64,000 nt of DNA from Amphiscolops sp. MND2022 (Eukaryota), in the NCBI GenBank assembly GCA_964187785.1, contig OZ076417.1:20770001-20834000 (forward strand), read 5' to 3'. This document shows, one piece after another, positions 61,224 through 64,000 of this stretch; positions within the stretch are counted from its first letter, which is position 1, and each line of letters begins with the position of its first letter. The position numbers and the translations under genes are program-made. A model generated the notes under the pieces. The model was not told the origin of the DNA. It saw only the letters and a list, made by a program, of their open reading frames with translations, and searched no databases.

Positions 61224-63401
61224 CAGGGACCACAGATTTATGCCGGCCGCATTAGAAAGCATAAATAGCATAACTAGACGACTGTAGCATAATTTTCCGA
61301 GTAATGCCGCGAGAGCACAATAGGAAATAAAATCGTCCAATCACAAGTAATGATTCATTACAGAGTAGAATACGAAGTCAACTGAAAGCAAATAAAAACT
61401 GATATTTCTCAGAAATACAAAATTGTTCAGAAAGTGTATTGCGTGTGTATTAGTTTGCATTGAGAACATTGAACTCTTTTGCCAAAGAAGCATCTGATAC
61501 AATTCAAGCTTGAAAATGCCGTCGCCCGCAACAACTAATGTGACTCCAATATCAAGAGCGCAAGAATTCCCAAGTGATTTTTATTCAGAAAAAGGGCATC
61601 TCCGCTGTAAATTTTGCTCAAGTCAGCGAATTTCTTTAAAATTGAGTACCATTAAAAATCATATTAACTCAGCTCAACATACCAGAAGAAAACGAGAATT
61701 GGAACATCAAAAACCAATTCTTCGACAAGTATCTCTAGAAACGTCTATTAAAGGCAACGAAGAACGCTCTATTTATATTAAAAACTTCGTTGCAATGTGT
61801 CTCGCGACAAATACACCTTTAGAAAGAGCTCCAAAAATGCAACACTTTTTAACCAAATACTGCCGCATTGGGGGAATTATACCAAGTCCAAATCGATTGA
61901 GAGAACACTATCTCCCCCTTGTTTCGAAAGAACTCAAAATGAAAATAATGCAACTAATTGAACAATGCATTTCTGACTCTTGGCTGTTTACAATTAACGT
62001 CGACGAAACATGCGACGACCGCGAACAATACATTGTTCATGTGATTTTAAAGTTTCGAGAGCATTGTGTTTTACTTGAAAGCGTATTTCTGGATAATGCT
62101 GCCAACTTTCATTCCCTGAGTAAAATTGTTAATGAGACGCTAGTAAGTTATAATCTGTCTCAAAATTCTGTTGTTTATTTGACCGACAATACAGCTTATT
62201 GTGTGAAATCGTTCACCGATGTACTTTCACGAATGTACCCGCAGCTAGTCTGGGTGGGCTGTTGGGCCCATATTGTGGATTTATGCGGAGATTGTTGGCA
62301 AAGTCATTTCAAATTAAGCAATAAATTTTGTTCTTTGATGAAACAGTTTTTCAAGAAAAAGTCTTCGGCCGGGAGGAAGAAGCGTTGGATCAGCCATTTG
62401 AAAAATAACGGAGTTGTTCGTCCATGTTTACCGCCCACGGCTAATTTTACACGTTGGACTTCTTGGCTGAAAGTTACTCAGTATCATGCAAAATACATAG
62501 AATTTTACCCCGCTTTTATTCCTGCTGAACTTGATATCGCCGATGCTGCCTACCTTTCCGAGTTACAAGAAAAACTGTCCTCCAGTTTTGAAATTCTGAG
62601 GTTACACCTGACTTTCTTATCGGAGCATGGTGAAAAACTTATTTCTATGATAGAGTTCTTTGAAATTCAGGACAAACCCGTCGGTCATTGTGTATACAAT
62701 GCAATAATTGACTTTAATGCTATTCTGGAGGGCGGTACAGCTAGCGTTCATTTCATGCCAAAAACCGATGCTTTACTAAATTCAGTTGACACTGCAGTTG
62801 TTGCTTCATCTATTGAGCTTTTCATGGAAGCATTTCGCTTGGCTCGGGATAAACTTCGCAAACATATAGATTCACAAACATCTTCATTAGAAATGTTCAA
62901 AAGCATTCGTGTTTTCGACCCCCGGCAGTTGTCTACTTTATCCCGTGATATTACTTCTTTTTCTAACCTGCATGGTTTCTCACTTTCGAAAAACGGAATA
63001 CTTGGAGAATGGGCAATTTACCGCAACGCAGTTTACGTCCTCGATGAAAGTTTTGATATTGCCGGGTTTTGGAAAGAAAAACAAAGCTCCCTACCAATTT
63101 TATCGACCTTGGCTTTGAATTATTTATGGGTTCCGCCCGGCGCTGCTGGTGTGGAACGTTCCTTCAGCCTCCTCAAACAGCTGGAGTCTGCTCAAAGACT
63201 GACGATGTCCAATGAAACCCTTAAAGACTCTGTTTTCTGTTATTGTAATTCAAAGTATTTCAGTTTGTTGCAGTAATTTTTTGAATAAACTTTACATTTC
63301 CAAACAATTCTGCCTTTTGTTTTATAGGGCATAAAAAGCATAAATTAATGAGTGTGGCAGCATAAAATTCAGTTTAAGGCAGCATGAATCTGTGGCCCCT
63401 G
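61224..63401 (+). mobile_element. Intact 2178-bp autonomous-type hAT transposon (element 2)
   Basis: 20-bp TIR with 2 mismatches (cagggaccacagatttatgc / caggggccacagattcatgc); perfect 8-bp TSD accaatat (61216-61223, 63402-63409); subterminal gcataa repeats. Confidence 0.95.
61516..63276 (+). CDS. hAT transposase, 586 aa, CGGBP1-like N-terminus
   Basis: VTPISRAQEF...LRCKFC...IKNHINSAQHTRRK...FVAMCLATNTPLE...GGIIPSPNRLREHYLP parallels vertebrate CGGBP1; catalytic DETCD, TDNTAY, VERSFS; CWAH and RW motifs. Confidence 0.93.
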   Translation: MPSPATTNVTPISRAQEFPSDFYSEKGHLRCKFCSSQRISLKLSTIKNHINSAQHTRRKRELEHQKPILRQVSLETSIKGNEERSIYIKNFVAMCLATNTPLERAPKMQHFLTKYCRIGGIIPSPNRLREHYLPLVSKELKMKIMQLIEQCISDSWLFTINVDETCDDREQYIVHVILKFREHCVLLESVFLDNAANFHSLSKIVNETLVSYNLSQNSVVYLTDNTAYCVKSFTDVLSRMYPQLVWVGCWAHIVDLCGDCWQSHFKLSNKFCSLMKQFFKKKSSAGRKKRWISHLKNNGVVRPCLPPTANFTRWTSWLKVTQYHAKYIEFYPAFIPAELDIADAAYLSELQEKLSSSFEILRLHLTFLSEHGEKLISMIEFFEIQDKPVGHCVYNAIIDFNAILEGGTASVHFMPKTDALLNSVDTAVVASSIELFMEAFRLARDKLRKHIDSQTSSLEMFKSIRVFDPRQLSTLSRDITSFSNLHGFSLSKNGILGEWAIYRNAVYVLDESFDIAGFWKEKQSSLPILSTLALNYLWVPPGAAGVERSFSLLKQLESAQRLTMSNETLKDSVFCYCNSKYFSLLQ

Positions 63402-63869
63402 ACCAATATGCAGACCAGTGAATTAATGCATTGTCCCTGATCTTAATTTCAGCCGCATACATGTACTTTAATTCTCTGTGAACACGATTTTGACCAATCA
63501 AATTAATCGAGTCTGCTCATTAGCACGAATAATACTTTTATGCTATTTGACTGGTCTGCTTGTTAGACGCACTCCGTCTTAGTCAGACGGGGTAGATATT
63601 TTTGCATACATGTTTTTATGCTCAATTTAGTAATGTTAAAACAGTAATTCTACGCTACCACTATGTTTTCGTCACGAAAAAGCTAAGCTAAGAGATTTCG
63701 GAGTTCCGAATATGGAACGTATAATTTTTAAAAGAAAAAAAAACGATTTTATCATAGGAAATATGGTACTCCTGACTAAGTGTGGTCCCAAGCGATTTCT
63801 CCTTACTAAGTGTAGTCCCTATTTTATAGTGTGGTCCCTGCATAGTTTGTCGGAAATTTTATATTACAT

Positions 63870-64000
63870 CGTCAGCTATGTTCACATACCCCTAGTGCCC
63901 TAAATGCAGGAGCGAAGCGAAGCGGAACGACGTGCCATGTGGCCATGCCTCAATGTTGCTACTTGGCGAAGGGAGCGAAGCGACCGAGCCATACAACAAA
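63870..64000 (+). repeat. Dispersed repeat related to 26560-26700 (opposite strand)
   Basis: Shared cagct...gtgccc...atgc...gaagcgaagcgga(a/g)cga(c/t)gtgccat. Confidence 0.55.

Larger units (their letters stand above)
61170..63600 (+). mobile_element. HINE-like element family C, interrupted by hAT element 2
   Basis: Perfect 16-bp subterminal inverted repeat tctaacaagcagacca (61184-61199) / tggtctgcttgttaga (63552-63567), then hairpin actccgtct-tagtc-agacggggt (63571-63593) and a T run. Confidence 0.6.

Overview
AT-rich, intron-rich, repeat-dense animal genomic DNA (species not determinable from sequence alone). It carries two host genes on the minus strand, both missed or fragmented by the ORF track. 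Gene 1 (about 5.9-50.0 kb) reconstructs by hand into 16 phase-consistent coding exons, about 745 aa from the first in-frame ATG. Its architecture is ankyrin repeats - low-complexity linker - coiled coil - complete NUDT9-type ADP-ribose pyrophosphatase domain. It has one likely GC-AG intron and a tandemly duplicated last exon giving two possible C-termini. Gene 2 (55.9 to >60.3 kb) is the 3' end of a TTC39-family TPR gene, also needing a GC-AG intron. Introns hold two intact, compact hAT transposons with TIRs, 8-bp TSDs and CGGBP1-like transposases; one duplicated a host splice donor as its TSD. There are also at least four families of Helentron/HINE-like non-autonomous elements, several MITEs (some nested), a recent 2.3-kb tandem duplication, and a decayed BEL/Pao gag preceded by an SGNH-like ORF. 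All exon models and family assignments come from manual reading and remembered protein families, not database searches.
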